Source of the DNA: Candidatus Parcubacteria bacterium
Lineage (GTDB): Bacteria > Patescibacteriota > Minisyncoccia > Phycocordibacterales > UBA5272
Assembly: GCA_039796775.1 (NCBI GenBank)
Contig: JBDKJD010000001.1
Coordinates: 88,399-152,398 of the forward strand
Reading direction: 5' to 3'
DNA: 64,000 nucleotides
Part shown: positions 40,116 to 49,231 of the stretch, in pieces
How positions within the stretch are numbered: the first letter of the stretch is position 1
Layout: the number at the start of each line of letters is the position of its first letter
The notes under the pieces: generated by a model
What the model saw: only the letters and a program-made list of their open reading frames with translations
Told to the model about the DNA's origin: nothing
Databases searched by the model: none
Position numbers and translations under genes: made by a program

Positions 40116-40315
40116 TAAGACTGGGTAGCGGTACGAATAAGCTTATTGCTTCCCATGCCAAAAATTGATATAATTGTTTCTATTGTTTTATAGAGACCAT
40201 TAGCTCATATAATACGAGGCGAAAGCTGAGATTAAATAATGCCGACGGTTTCAAAACCAGCGCGATCTAAGGGTCGATGCAAGGATATAAGGTTTATAGG
40301 TTAAAAATACAATAA

Positions 40316-40388
40316 GGGCCCTTAGCTCATATGGTAGAGCGCCGGTTTTGCACTCCGGAGGTGAGCGGTTCGATTCCGCTAGGGTCCA
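40316..40388 (+). tRNA. tRNA-Ala (anticodon UGC)
   Basis: Acceptor GGGCCCT/AGGGTCC with the G3:U70 Ala identity pair. Anticodon loop TTTGCAC. T-arm AGCGGTTCGATTCCGCT. Resembles E. coli tRNA-Ala. One 31:39 U-U mismatch. Confidence 0.88.
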
Positions 40389-40399
40389 CTCGGGTTAAC

Positions 40400-40430
40400 A
40401 AAAGCATAATACATATTGTATTATGCTTTT
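40400..40430 (+). terminator. intrinsic terminator after tRNA-Ala
   Basis: aaaagcataataca-tat-tgtattatgctttt hairpin. Confidence 0.6.
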
Positions 40431-40450
40431 GTGTTAAACAACCTGAAGAG

Positions 40451-40639
40451 ATGCAAATGGCCAGTGAAGGCAAAATTGAAGACACTCGTGGCGAGACTTA
40501 CACAGACAAGACACGTGAATTCGTGATCAAGGCCTTGCTTGAAAAAAGTGACACCCAGAGCCTCGCACTTTTTGTAGGTCTCACTGAAATCGCAGATGCC
40601 ATTAGTGAAGGACTCGACAATCTCGCAGAAAACATCTGA
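40451..40639 (+). CDS. hypothetical small acidic protein (62 aa)
   Basis: Internal Met of ORF 40331-40639 (the rest overlaps the tRNA). GC higher than the local background. Confidence 0.3.
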   Translation: MQMASEGKIEDTRGETYTDKTREFVIKALLEKSDTQSLALFVGLTEIADAISEGLDNLAENI

Positions 40640-40695
40640 AAAACAGGAACTCATCCCAACCCGCCATCGTAACCAAAGAAAATCTGTGGTTCGTT

Positions 40696-40802
40696 AGGCG
40701 GGTTTTCTTATTCTATTTTTTCATACTCTCCTTTCAATACCCAAGAAAGATACTTCAATTCTTTTACAATTTGGTTCAGAAAAATGATGTCGAAGTCCAC
40801 AG
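40696..40802 (+). repeat. 107-bp direct repeat, copy A
   Basis: aggcgggttttcttattctattttttcatactctcctttcaa...ggttcagaaaaatgatgtcgaagtccacag. Six mismatches in 107 bp against copy B. Confidence 0.9.
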
Positions 40803-40805
40803 CTA

Positions 40806-40834
40806 TTGACAAACATAGTATATATTGTTATACT
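40806..40834 (+). promoter_or_regulatory. near-consensus sigma70 promoter with extended -10
   Basis: TTGACA (40806-40811), 17-nt spacer, TGtTATACT (40826-40834). Confidence 0.6.
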
Positions 40835-40907
40835 GTATTTGACGTTGCTATATTCATTCACTTGACATGCAGGTTTGCAACGTCGCCTGCGGGCCCAAGG
40901 AGTTCTT

Positions 40908-41315
40908 GTGGAACACATTCAAATCGGTACGAAAGATGCAGGGGCTGGCACAGCAGCAACGATCACCAAGCCGCTGGACAGCGAGCCCCGTGCGAAAACC
41001 TTCCTGGCCGAGTACCTGCGTTCGCGAAGTATACCGGTGAATATCTACAGCATGACCTTCTCGACAGAAAAACGTGAGTTCAAGCTCAACACCACATCGA
41101 AAGATGTCTTTCTTCAGCTCGGTGCCATGGATGAAGAAGGCCAGCGTGCGTTTGGGCTCATGGTCTACCATCGTGCAACCATGGATGGGCGCGCGCTCGT
41201 GACATTCCCGCATACTGACGGATGTAAGGGATATTTATGCATCGTAACTCGGGGAATGGGTAACGACCACGAGGAGCGTATCCACATTGACATCTCCATC
41301 GCATCTGACAAATAG
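40908..41315 (+). CDS. hypothetical protein encoded in a GC-rich foreign-looking cassette
   Basis: Markedly GC-richer than flanking DNA. AAGGAG (40896-40901) 6 nt upstream of GTG 40908. ORF-track alternative start TTG 40875. No family recognised. Confidence 0.5.
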   Translation: MEHIQIGTKDAGAGTAATITKPLDSEPRAKTFLAEYLRSRSIPVNIYSMTFSTEKREFKLNTTSKDVFLQLGAMDEEGQRAFGLMVYHRATMDGRALVTFPHTDGCKGYLCIVTRGMGNDHEERIHIDISIASDK

Positions 41316-41353
41316 CCCCCGCTTCATGCGCAACGGAAAATCCATCTGCGTGC

Positions 41354-41460
41354 AGGCGGGTTTTCTTATTCTATTTTTTCATACTCTCCTTTCAAAATCC
41401 AAGAAAGATAGTTCAATTCTTTAGCAACTTGGTTCAGAAAAATGATGTCGAAGTCCACAG
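41354..41460 (+). repeat. 107-bp direct repeat, copy B
   Basis: About 94% identical to copy A. Its last 8 nt, gtccacag, form the outer end of the following palindrome. Confidence 0.9.
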
Positions 41461-41510
41461 AAAAAGTAAAAGCAGTATCAAAAGATACTGCTTTTACTTT
41501 TTCTGTGGAC
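41453..41510. terminator. 58-bp perfect palindrome (27-bp arms) / strong terminator
   Basis: gtccacagaaaaagtaaaagcagtatc-aaaa-gatactgcttttactttttctgtggac. Confidence 0.7.
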
Positions 41511-41671
41511 CCGAAGGCTCCCGGACTTTTTACATTGTACTCAATGTGTTAAAGTCCGCAACCCCTTTAGGGAGTTCACTTTCATAGTTAGAGCAAAATT
41601 TAGAGAGTTTGCATAAAGACAAATAAAACATGTAGAATAACTATAGTTGTTATATTTTTACAGAAGGAGAA

Positions 41672-42119
41672 TTGCTTATGTTTAAGGATATAGGGCAAGG
41701 TATTCAAGACTGGGTGCTCTTTGTGAAAGACGGAGAGCGGAGGGCTCACATTAGTCTCTCCGAAGACACAGAGAGCTACACTGTTTTTGCACTCATCAGA
41801 AATGCAAAAAAACGTTTCAATCTTACAGGATCCAGTTGCGTTGCTTTATTTAGAAAGCCTACAAAGAAATGGCGCTGCAAAAATAGAAGGGCTTTCAAAA
41901 ACTGCTGAAGTTTCTCTTCTTATTTCAGGACTTTTCCCTGAGATGACTAAGAGGGCTCGCGTGAGCGCAGATTACTATCTAGATATCTGCCGTACATCTT
42001 TCTTTGATCTTTCTTCGTATTGCGAATATTCTCGAAGGTATGTAGAAGCAAGACAGTATCACACTTTAGCTCTCGAAGCAGAAAGGATAACAAAAGTATT
42101 ACGGTGCGCAAGACCGTAA
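41672..42119 (+). pseudogene. hypothetical gene apparently split by a frameshift (41672-41908 and 41787-42119)
   Basis: Two same-strand ORFs overlap by about 120 nt in different frames. Together they would encode roughly 165 aa. Confidence 0.3.
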
Positions 42120-42131
42120 TCACCCACGCTT

Positions 42132-42163
42132 AAAAACTTCACACTCCTTAGTGTGAAGTTTTT
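42132..42163 (+). terminator. intrinsic terminator
   Basis: aaaaacttcacact-cctt-agtgtgaagttttt perfect hairpin. Confidence 0.7.
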
Positions 42164-42243
42164 GTTTACTTTTCCTGACTTAAGAAAAAACGCTACAATA
42201 AAAACACCTACACAAAAAATCTTTTTTTGATACTATAGAAACA

Positions 42244-42903
42244 ATGAAAATAATCTCATTTAATATAGGTAACTTCATATGGGCACAACATCTACCAGGA
42301 AGAAAGCATTATGCGTTCCACAAAGATGATATCGATGCGGTATGCGCTCTCATTAAACAAGAAGACGCGCAGGTTGTTTTTTTGCAAGAGGTCGAAACTG
42401 CTGATATAGAGTTTATCAAAAGTCATTTTCCAGAATTCCCACACTTTCTCACCATACACATAAAAGAAGAAAAGGCGGCATCTCTTTTTATGAGTATGTA
42501 CCCGATCACAGATATCCCCCACTCAGAAAGCCATGATTATATAATAAATGGGATAACATTCTTCCCTATTCACCTCTACGCATTCTCACCGAAAGTTCGC
42601 AGAGAACAGGTACTGCGGCTTCTCCCTGACCTGCCGGGAGAGAAAGGCGTCATCTTGGGGGATACGAACTTCTGGATAGTCTATGGCAACTTTTTATCAC
42701 GAAGAGATAAAAGATCGTATAACAAAATAATAAAAGACCATGTTGATGTACTGAAGAAGCTGGGACCAACCTGCCGCATATTCTTATCGCTTGATAAGAT
42801 ATTTATTACCAAAGACCTTATATCTAAGGATGCGAAAATAACTAAACATACAATTGGACACATCGATCACTATATGATAAGTACTATAGTAGAGACTACA
42901 TAA
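42244..42903 (+). CDS. endonuclease/exonuclease/phosphatase (EEP) family protein
   Basis: MKIISFNIGN...VVFLQEVE N-terminal EEP motif. Conserved D/N/H positions toward the C-terminus. Confidence 0.7.
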   Translation: MKIISFNIGNFIWAQHLPGRKHYAFHKDDIDAVCALIKQEDAQVVFLQEVETADIEFIKSHFPEFPHFLTIHIKEEKAASLFMSMYPITDIPHSESHDYIINGITFFPIHLYAFSPKVRREQVLRLLPDLPGEKGVILGDTNFWIVYGNFLSRRDKRSYNKIIKDHVDVLKKLGPTCRIFLSLDKIFITKDLISKDAKITKHTIGHIDHYMISTIVETT

Positions 42904-42915
42904 TGCTAGTTTCAA

Positions 42916-43167
42916 ATGCCAACCACGGATTCATTATTTTATATAACAATGGATATATTACAATCACTACTCACTCTTATACACACTCTTCTCTCCCTGG
43001 TGTACGGAGCAATCCCCTCACCCGAAGTCGCAGGAAGTGTCTTAGAAAACATAGTAGCCACTACCACCAAAAAACTTCCAGAAGAGCTACAGACTGTTGT
43101 TGAGGTTGCTGAAACTGCGCAAGGAATTATTCAGAAGGTTCAACAATACGAAGCGTTGCTTCCATAA
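42916..43167 (+). CDS. hypothetical protein
   Basis: ORF only. Confidence 0.3.
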   Translation: MPTTDSLFYITMDILQSLLTLIHTLLSLVYGAIPSPEVAGSVLENIVATTTKKLPEELQTVVEVAETAQGIIQKVQQYEALLP

Positions 43168-43175
43168 ATGTATTC

Positions 43176-43754
43176 TTGCTATTCTATAGACATCTCATGA
43201 CATCAATCACCTTCTTTGCTATTTACAAACAACTCTTTACCATTCTTCATGTACTCTGTGTCATTATTGGTATGGGAGCAGCGCTTGTTACTGATATTTT
43301 ATTCTCGTTTTTTGCTTCTAACAAAACTCTGTCTTCATTTGAAATAAAAATCATCAGATTACTCTCTAAGGTGGTCACTCTTGCGCTTGTTGGTATTGTA
43401 CTTACTGGTATCACTATATTTCTCTCTGATCCATTACGATATATGGCGTCTGCAAAGTTTTTGACCAAGATGAGCATTGTACTTATACTCTGTATCAACG
43501 GTTACTTGCTCCACCGATTCATCTTCTCAAGACTCTCTGAAAAAGATTTTTTAATAAAAAGAAAAACTAGTAGCGTAAGGAAGATGTCTTTTGTTCTTGG
43601 TGCTGTATCACTTATCTCATGGGTAAGTGCTATGTCTTTAGGGGTGCTCGATAAAATCAATCTCTCTTACACAACAGCCTTTTCTCTCTACCTTGTAGTC
43701 CTTGTCTTTGGGGCCATGATTTCCCAAGTTATCGCCAAAAAACTGTATCCATAA
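43176..43754 (+). CDS. hypothetical integral membrane protein
   Basis: Five to six TM helices. Confidence 0.45.
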   Translation: MLFYRHLMTSITFFAIYKQLFTILHVLCVIIGMGAALVTDILFSFFASNKTLSSFEIKIIRLLSKVVTLALVGIVLTGITIFLSDPLRYMASAKFLTKMSIVLILCINGYLLHRFIFSRLSEKDFLIKRKTSSVRKMSFVLGAVSLISWVSAMSLGVLDKINLSYTTAFSLYLVVLVFGAMISQVIAKKLYP

Positions 43755-43820
43755 AATTATCACCTTTACCCCCATTTTTTACTTTCAAAATAAGAACTTA
43801 GTAACTATACTGAGAACATA

Positions 43821-45068
43821 ATGAGTTCTCCTAAACGCGTATTAATGATTGGTTGGGAATATCCTCCTCATCATAGCGGGGGTCTTGGTGTTGCATGCCA
43901 GGGTATGGCGCACGCTTTGGCTGATAGACAACATTATGTATGTTTTGCTCTTCCAAAAAAAATGCCTATTTCAGATACAAAAGTCACTCTCCTCTATCCA
44001 AATAAAAAAAGTGGGAAAGTGGGTGGAAAAGAAATTTCTATTCTTCGAGAATTATATAATCCATATATCGAACCCTCTCGTTATCACTCTTTTAGAGAAC
44101 AATCTAAAGATATACTCGATCCGATGTTTGTACCGGGCACATTAAAAGAATGTGTTGAACTTTATGGTGTTGAACTATCACGAGAACTACTTGAGAATCC
44201 GATAGACGTCGATATTATACATGCTCATGATTGGTTATGTTTCCCAGCAGCAGTTGCAGTCAAGAAGCTTCTACAAAAACCTTTTATCGCACACATACAC
44301 GCGACTGAATTCGATAGATCAGGAGGACAAGGTGCTAACCCTTATGTCTATCAACAAGAGAAGTTAGGGATGGAAGAATCTGCTCACATTATCACAGTGA
44401 GTGAGTTAGTAAAAAGAACGGTCATCAACAAATATGGCATCCCTCCTGAGAAGATAACAGTCATTCATAATGGCAATACAGATCTCGCGAGCAAGAATGA
44501 ATCTATCTTCGACAATCTCATCACCTTCAAAGAAAAAGGGTATTCTATTGTGCTCTATGCTGGACGCATCACATTACAAAAAGGTGTAGAGTACTTCGTA
44601 CATGCTGCCAAAAAAGCATTGGAAGTTAATCCAAAAATTATCTTCATCATAGCAGGTACAGGAGACATGGAGCGTTATATTATAGAATTAGTTAACAACC
44701 TTGGCATCTCTAGTAATTTTATGTTTACTGGATATTATACTCTCGATGATATGGCGTCTCTCCTTAAGCACGCATCCCTCTTTGTAATGCCTTCAGTATC
44801 AGAACCTTTTGGTATAGTCCCGCTCGAAGCGATAACCAAAGATGTCCCTGTTATCATCTCCAAGCAGTCCGGCGTGTCTGAGATATTACATCATGCGCTC
44901 AAGGTAGACTTTTGGGATACAGACAAAATAGCTAATCAAATACTCGCCGTCATTCATCATCCCCCTCTTCATAAAGTATTAAGAGAGGAAGGCAGAAGAC
45001 AAGTACAAGACATCACGTGGGATAAAGCGGCTAGCAAAATACATCATGTGTACAATTCTGTACTATAA
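43821..45068 (+). CDS. GT4-type glycosyltransferase (glycogen-synthase-like)
   Basis: N-terminal MIGWEYPPHHSGGLGVACQG. C-terminal EX7E region SVSEPFGIVPLEAI. Confidence 0.8.
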   Translation: MSSPKRVLMIGWEYPPHHSGGLGVACQGMAHALADRQHYVCFALPKKMPISDTKVTLLYPNKKSGKVGGKEISILRELYNPYIEPSRYHSFREQSKDILDPMFVPGTLKECVELYGVELSRELLENPIDVDIIHAHDWLCFPAAVAVKKLLQKPFIAHIHATEFDRSGGQGANPYVYQQEKLGMEESAHIITVSELVKRTVINKYGIPPEKITVIHNGNTDLASKNESIFDNLITFKEKGYSIVLYAGRITLQKGVEYFVHAAKKALEVNPKIIFIIAGTGDMERYIIELVNNLGISSNFMFTGYYTLDDMASLLKHASLFVMPSVSEPFGIVPLEAITKDVPVIISKQSGVSEILHHALKVDFWDTDKIANQILAVIHHPPLHKVLREEGRRQVQDITWDKAASKIHHVYNSVL

Positions 45069-45083
45069 CTACTATAATCATAT

Positions 45084-46280
45084 ATGCCATCTATAGCTCT
45101 TTATTTAAAAACACATCAACCTTATCGAATAAAAGATTATCGGGTATTCGACATAGGCAAAGATCATCATTATTTCAACGCGCCTCACGGGCACAGAACC
45201 AACAATGAAGATGTGCTCAAAAAAATCTGCGAAAAATCTTATCTACCAACTAACGCAGTTCTCTTAGAATTACTCGAGCGTTACCCTGATTTCAAATTAA
45301 ACATATCCCTTTCTGGCACACTCTTGGAACAATTAGAAGAACACTCCCCTGAGACTTTAAAAACATTTCAAGATCTCATCAAAACAGGGCGGGTAGAAAT
45401 ATTAGGTGAAACATATTATCACTCTCTTTCTTTTTATTATTCTTTGACTGAATTCGAGGCGCAAGTTGAGATGCACAAAAAAATAATTAAGAGGCTTTTT
45501 AATGTCACGCCAAAAGTATTCTCAAATACAGAGCTCGCATATAGAGACGACTTAGCCGCATGGGCAGAAAAAGCAAAATATAAAGGAATCATAGCCGAAG
45601 GATGGGATCCGGTACTTGGATGGAGATCTCCTAATTTTGTTTATGCTCCACCTAATACCAAGAAAATAAAATTACTCCTTAAGAACTATCGACTGTCGGA
45701 CGATATAGCATTTCGATTTAGCAATAAAGGGTGGAGTGGGTGGCCACTCACAACAGAAAAGTTCGCTTCTTGGGTCAATCAAACACATGGCAATGCAGAG
45801 ACAATTAATCTCTTCATGGACTATGAAACATTTGGAGAACATCAATGGGCAGATACTGGTATTTTTGATTTCTTAAAACATCTTCCACGTGAATTATATA
45901 AACACAAAGACAACAGCTTCCTGACAGTGAGTGAGACATGCGAACGATATGAAGCAAGAGACGTGGTCTCTATGCCCAACATTGTCACCTGGGCAGATAC
46001 AGAGCGAGACTTGTCAGCGTGGACCGGGAATACAATGCAACAATCTTCTTTGCATGAGCTTTATAGAATAGAAGAAAAGATACGCGACACCAAAGACAAG
46101 AAACTCATCGATGATTGGCGCAAGTTACAAACATCTGATCATGTGTATTACATGTGTACCAAATGGTTCTCAGACGGTGATGTGCACAAATATTTCTCTC
46201 CATATGAATCCCCATATGAAGCATATATAGCATTCACAAATGCTCTCACAGACCTTAAACTTAGAGCAGGTATACTCTAA
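45084..46280 (+). CDS. glycoside hydrolase family 57-like (alpha-glucan active)
   Basis: N-terminal LKTHQPYR (GH57 HQP block). Size and gene context fit. Family call is motif-level. Confidence 0.55.
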   Translation: MPSIALYLKTHQPYRIKDYRVFDIGKDHHYFNAPHGHRTNNEDVLKKICEKSYLPTNAVLLELLERYPDFKLNISLSGTLLEQLEEHSPETLKTFQDLIKTGRVEILGETYYHSLSFYYSLTEFEAQVEMHKKIIKRLFNVTPKVFSNTELAYRDDLAAWAEKAKYKGIIAEGWDPVLGWRSPNFVYAPPNTKKIKLLLKNYRLSDDIAFRFSNKGWSGWPLTTEKFASWVNQTHGNAETINLFMDYETFGEHQWADTGIFDFLKHLPRELYKHKDNSFLTVSETCERYEARDVVSMPNIVTWADTERDLSAWTGNTMQQSSLHELYRIEEKIRDTKDKKLIDDWRKLQTSDHVYYMCTKWFSDGDVHKYFSPYESPYEAYIAFTNALTDLKLRAGIL

Positions 46281-46286
46281 TCTCTT

Positions 46287-48242
46287 ATGTCTCGCCAAAT
46301 CACTTTATCTAATGGAAATATTCTCGTAGCTTTTGATGAGAAGGCTTCTCTTACTGACTTTTTTTATCCTTATGTAGGAGTAGAGAATCATGTTCGTGGA
46401 GACGCTCATAAGATAGGTATTATGTGCAATAATTCTTTTTCTTGGCTATCTGATAATGAGTGGACAGTATCGAGTACTTTACAAAAAGATACCTATATCG
46501 CAATTACTCATTGTTATAACGAGAAGCATTCTGTAGAACTTATCTTCAAAGACTGTGTCTATAATGAGAAGAATATTTTTATACGAGATATACAGGTTAT
46601 CAATCATAGCGACAAAGAAATCGCTTGCAAGCTATTCTTCCATCAAGTCTTTTCTATTTATGGAACACCTCAAGAAGATACTGCATATTATGATCCAAAC
46701 AAAAACGCAATCATTCACTATGAAGGAAGACGTATGTTCTTGGTCTATGCAGAATCGAGCGCCATACCGTTTAGTGATTACAGTATCGGACTCTATGGCA
46801 TAGAGGGCCGTGTAGGCACTTTTAAAGATGCAGAAGATGGAATATTATCCAAGAATCCAATAGAGCATGGGCATGTCGATTCAGTATGTGCAGTCGACAT
46901 GATTCTTCACAAAAAAGAAACTCGTACTGTCTTTTATTGGACCGTAGTCGGAGAAACAAAAAACGAAATCGAAGATTTGCACAACTACGTTCTCTATAAA
47001 AGACCGGAACCACTTATCGAAAGCACAGAAAAGTTTTGGAACGCTTGGCTTAATCGTCAGAATTATATTGCTTGCAAGGATGATGGTGAGTTGCTCGCGT
47101 TATTTAACAAAAGTCTATTCTATATACGCGGGAATATTGATAATCGAGGTGCAATATTAGCATCTCCTGACTCATCGCTTCTTCAACAAGGAAGAGATAC
47201 CTACAGTTATATGTGGCCACGAGATGGGGCACTCACTGTCATGGCGCTTCTTCTTGTTGGAGAATATAACATCTCGAAACATTTCTTTAAATTCTGCAAT
47301 GATGTCATTGAACGTGATGGATATCTCATGCATAAGTACAAAGCTGACAAATCTCTTGGTAGCTCATGGCATTCTTTTGTAAAAAACGGCGTTCCAATAC
47401 TACCGATTCAAGAAGACGAGACGGCTCTTGTAGTAATAGCGCTCTATCAATATTACGAGAAAACAAAAGACATAGACTTTATCGAAATGCATTATAACGA
47501 TGTGATACGCAAAATGGGGATTTTTATGTCAGAGTTCATCGATGAACAAACAGGTCTCCCTCTCCCATCATATGATTTATGGGAAGAGAAACACGGTATC
47601 TCAACCTTCACCGCATCTACTGTATATGGCGCACTCATCGCTGCTTCTAAGTTCGCTTCATTATTCCAAAAAGAACATGACGTGCAACTTTTTGGAGAAA
47701 AAGCAGCTACAATGAAAGAGGCTATTGTCAAACATCTTTATGATAAAGATTTGAAAATGTTTGTTAAGCTTATTAACAAACATGGTTCTGGATATACAAA
47801 AGATATGACATTAGACATGTCGAGTATTTATGGAATTTATACCTACGGAGTATTGCCTTATGATGATAGATTAGTACAAGAATCCATACGAACAATAGAG
47901 AGTAAGCTTGTGCTTCACGATGGAATAACTGGTGTACCTCGATATCAAAAAGACTATTATTTCATGAGAGCAGATGGAGTTTCTAATCCTTGGTTCATCA
48001 CTACATTGTGGCTTGCTCAGTATTATGCAGTCACCGCCAAAGATGAGAAAACATTATCCAAAGTGACTCAAACACTCAAATGGGTGAATCAACATGCGAG
48101 CAAGTCAGGAGTTTTGTCAGAACAACTTCATCCATATACTGGGGAACAATTATCAGCCACCCCTCTCACATGGAGCCACGCTGAATATGTAAGAACATTT
48201 ATCATGTACGAAGAAGCAAAAAAGCGTCTCTCTATCTGCTAA
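46287..48242 (+). CDS. GH15 glucoamylase/glucodextranase (archaeal-type with N-terminal beta domain)
   Basis: (alpha/alpha)6 barrel blocks LWEEKHGISTFTASTVYGAL and EQLHPYTGEQLSATPLTWSHAEY. Confidence 0.8.
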   Translation: MSRQITLSNGNILVAFDEKASLTDFFYPYVGVENHVRGDAHKIGIMCNNSFSWLSDNEWTVSSTLQKDTYIAITHCYNEKHSVELIFKDCVYNEKNIFIRDIQVINHSDKEIACKLFFHQVFSIYGTPQEDTAYYDPNKNAIIHYEGRRMFLVYAESSAIPFSDYSIGLYGIEGRVGTFKDAEDGILSKNPIEHGHVDSVCAVDMILHKKETRTVFYWTVVGETKNEIEDLHNYVLYKRPEPLIESTEKFWNAWLNRQNYIACKDDGELLALFNKSLFYIRGNIDNRGAILASPDSSLLQQGRDTYSYMWPRDGALTVMALLLVGEYNISKHFFKFCNDVIERDGYLMHKYKADKSLGSSWHSFVKNGVPILPIQEDETALVVIALYQYYEKTKDIDFIEMHYNDVIRKMGIFMSEFIDEQTGLPLPSYDLWEEKHGISTFTASTVYGALIAASKFASLFQKEHDVQLFGEKAATMKEAIVKHLYDKDLKMFVKLINKHGSGYTKDMTLDMSSIYGIYTYGVLPYDDRLVQESIRTIESKLVLHDGITGVPRYQKDYYFMRADGVSNPWFITTLWLAQYYAVTAKDEKTLSKVTQTLKWVNQHASKSGVLSEQLHPYTGEQLSATPLTWSHAEYVRTFIMYEEAKKRLSIC

Positions 48243-48250
48243 TATCTATT

Positions 48251-49216
48251 ATGAACATCGATCAATTATTACAACCCTTACGATCATTCAAAGATCAATT
48301 CTTGTATAACCCTACATTAGTTGGGACATTACCTAATACCTATGACGGTGTGATTGTATGCGGGATGGGAGGATCTCTTATCGCAGCTAGGATGACGAAT
48401 CTCCTTTTCCCGGAACTCCCTATTTCATTTCATAATTCATATGGAATACCTAAAAAGACAGAATATGAGAACCCACTCTTTATACTCTCTTCATTTTCTG
48501 GAAACACAGAAGAAATTATCGATACCTACACCCATCTCAAGAAACATTCTCTTCCTTGTGCCATTATCAGTTGTGGAGGGAAGCTGCTTGAATTAGCAAA
48601 GATTGATACTATCCCTTATATAGAACTACCAAAAGATACTCATCTGGAACCTCGCTTTTCTTTGGGGTATCAGATGATTTCTCTCTTATCTATACTTGAA
48701 CAACAATCACTTATCGAGAGATTAAGAGACAGTGTTTCCAAAATCAATACCCCAGAATGTGAGCAAATAGCCGAAACTTTAGTAGATACTTTCAAAGACA
48801 GCTTCCTTGTATTCTATTCAAGCGAGAAATTATCTCCCCTTTCGTATACAATCAAAGCAGCATTAAATGAAGGAGCCAAGATTCCTGCTTTTATCAATAT
48901 TCTTCCGGAGGCTAATCACAATGAATTACAGTCATTTATTATGAATGAATCGCAGTCATATAATGCTTTATTTGGTTTCTTCTTTTTGTCATCACCGTTT
49001 GACCATGAACGAATAACAAAGAGGGTTGATACAATGAAAGCCTTGTATGAAGAAAAGTCTTTCATATGTGAGACATTTATTGTTGATGAGACAAAGATCG
49101 AACAAGTACTCTCTATGCTCTATATCGGATACGCTTACGCAACACTCTTAGCACATAAGCGAAACGTTGATCCTTATCAAACGCCGTTTATTAAAGCATT
49201 CAAAGAATCACTTTAA
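48251..49216 (+). CDS. bifunctional phosphoglucose/phosphomannose isomerase (SIS domain, archaeal-type)
   Basis: GVIVCGMGGSLIAARM SIS motif. About 320 aa, typical of the PGI/PMI family. Confidence 0.7.
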   Translation: MNIDQLLQPLRSFKDQFLYNPTLVGTLPNTYDGVIVCGMGGSLIAARMTNLLFPELPISFHNSYGIPKKTEYENPLFILSSFSGNTEEIIDTYTHLKKHSLPCAIISCGGKLLELAKIDTIPYIELPKDTHLEPRFSLGYQMISLLSILEQQSLIERLRDSVSKINTPECEQIAETLVDTFKDSFLVFYSSEKLSPLSYTIKAALNEGAKIPAFINILPEANHNELQSFIMNESQSYNALFGFFFLSSPFDHERITKRVDTMKALYEEKSFICETFIVDETKIEQVLSMLYIGYAYATLLAHKRNVDPYQTPFIKAFKESL

Positions 49217-49231
49217 TAGTATACTTATTAT

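Noticed and set aside
40331-40450. N-terminal 40 codons of ORF 40331-40639
   Set aside because: This part overlaps the tRNA-Ala gene and its terminator. Only the internal-Met portion (40451-40639) is kept, at low confidence.
40721-41213. ORF-track entries 40721-40918 (-), 40784-41077 (+) and 40854-41213 (-) inside the GC-rich cassette
   Set aside because: GC-rich DNA yields long open frames on all strands by chance. These overlap the better-supported 40908-41315 frame (RBS and promoter in register). They start inside the direct repeat or run antisense.
40696-41460. Possibility that the 107-bp repeats are a CRISPR array
   Set aside because: Only two copies; unit far longer than CRISPR repeats; the spacer is a 550-bp expressed gene. 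No cas genes in the window.
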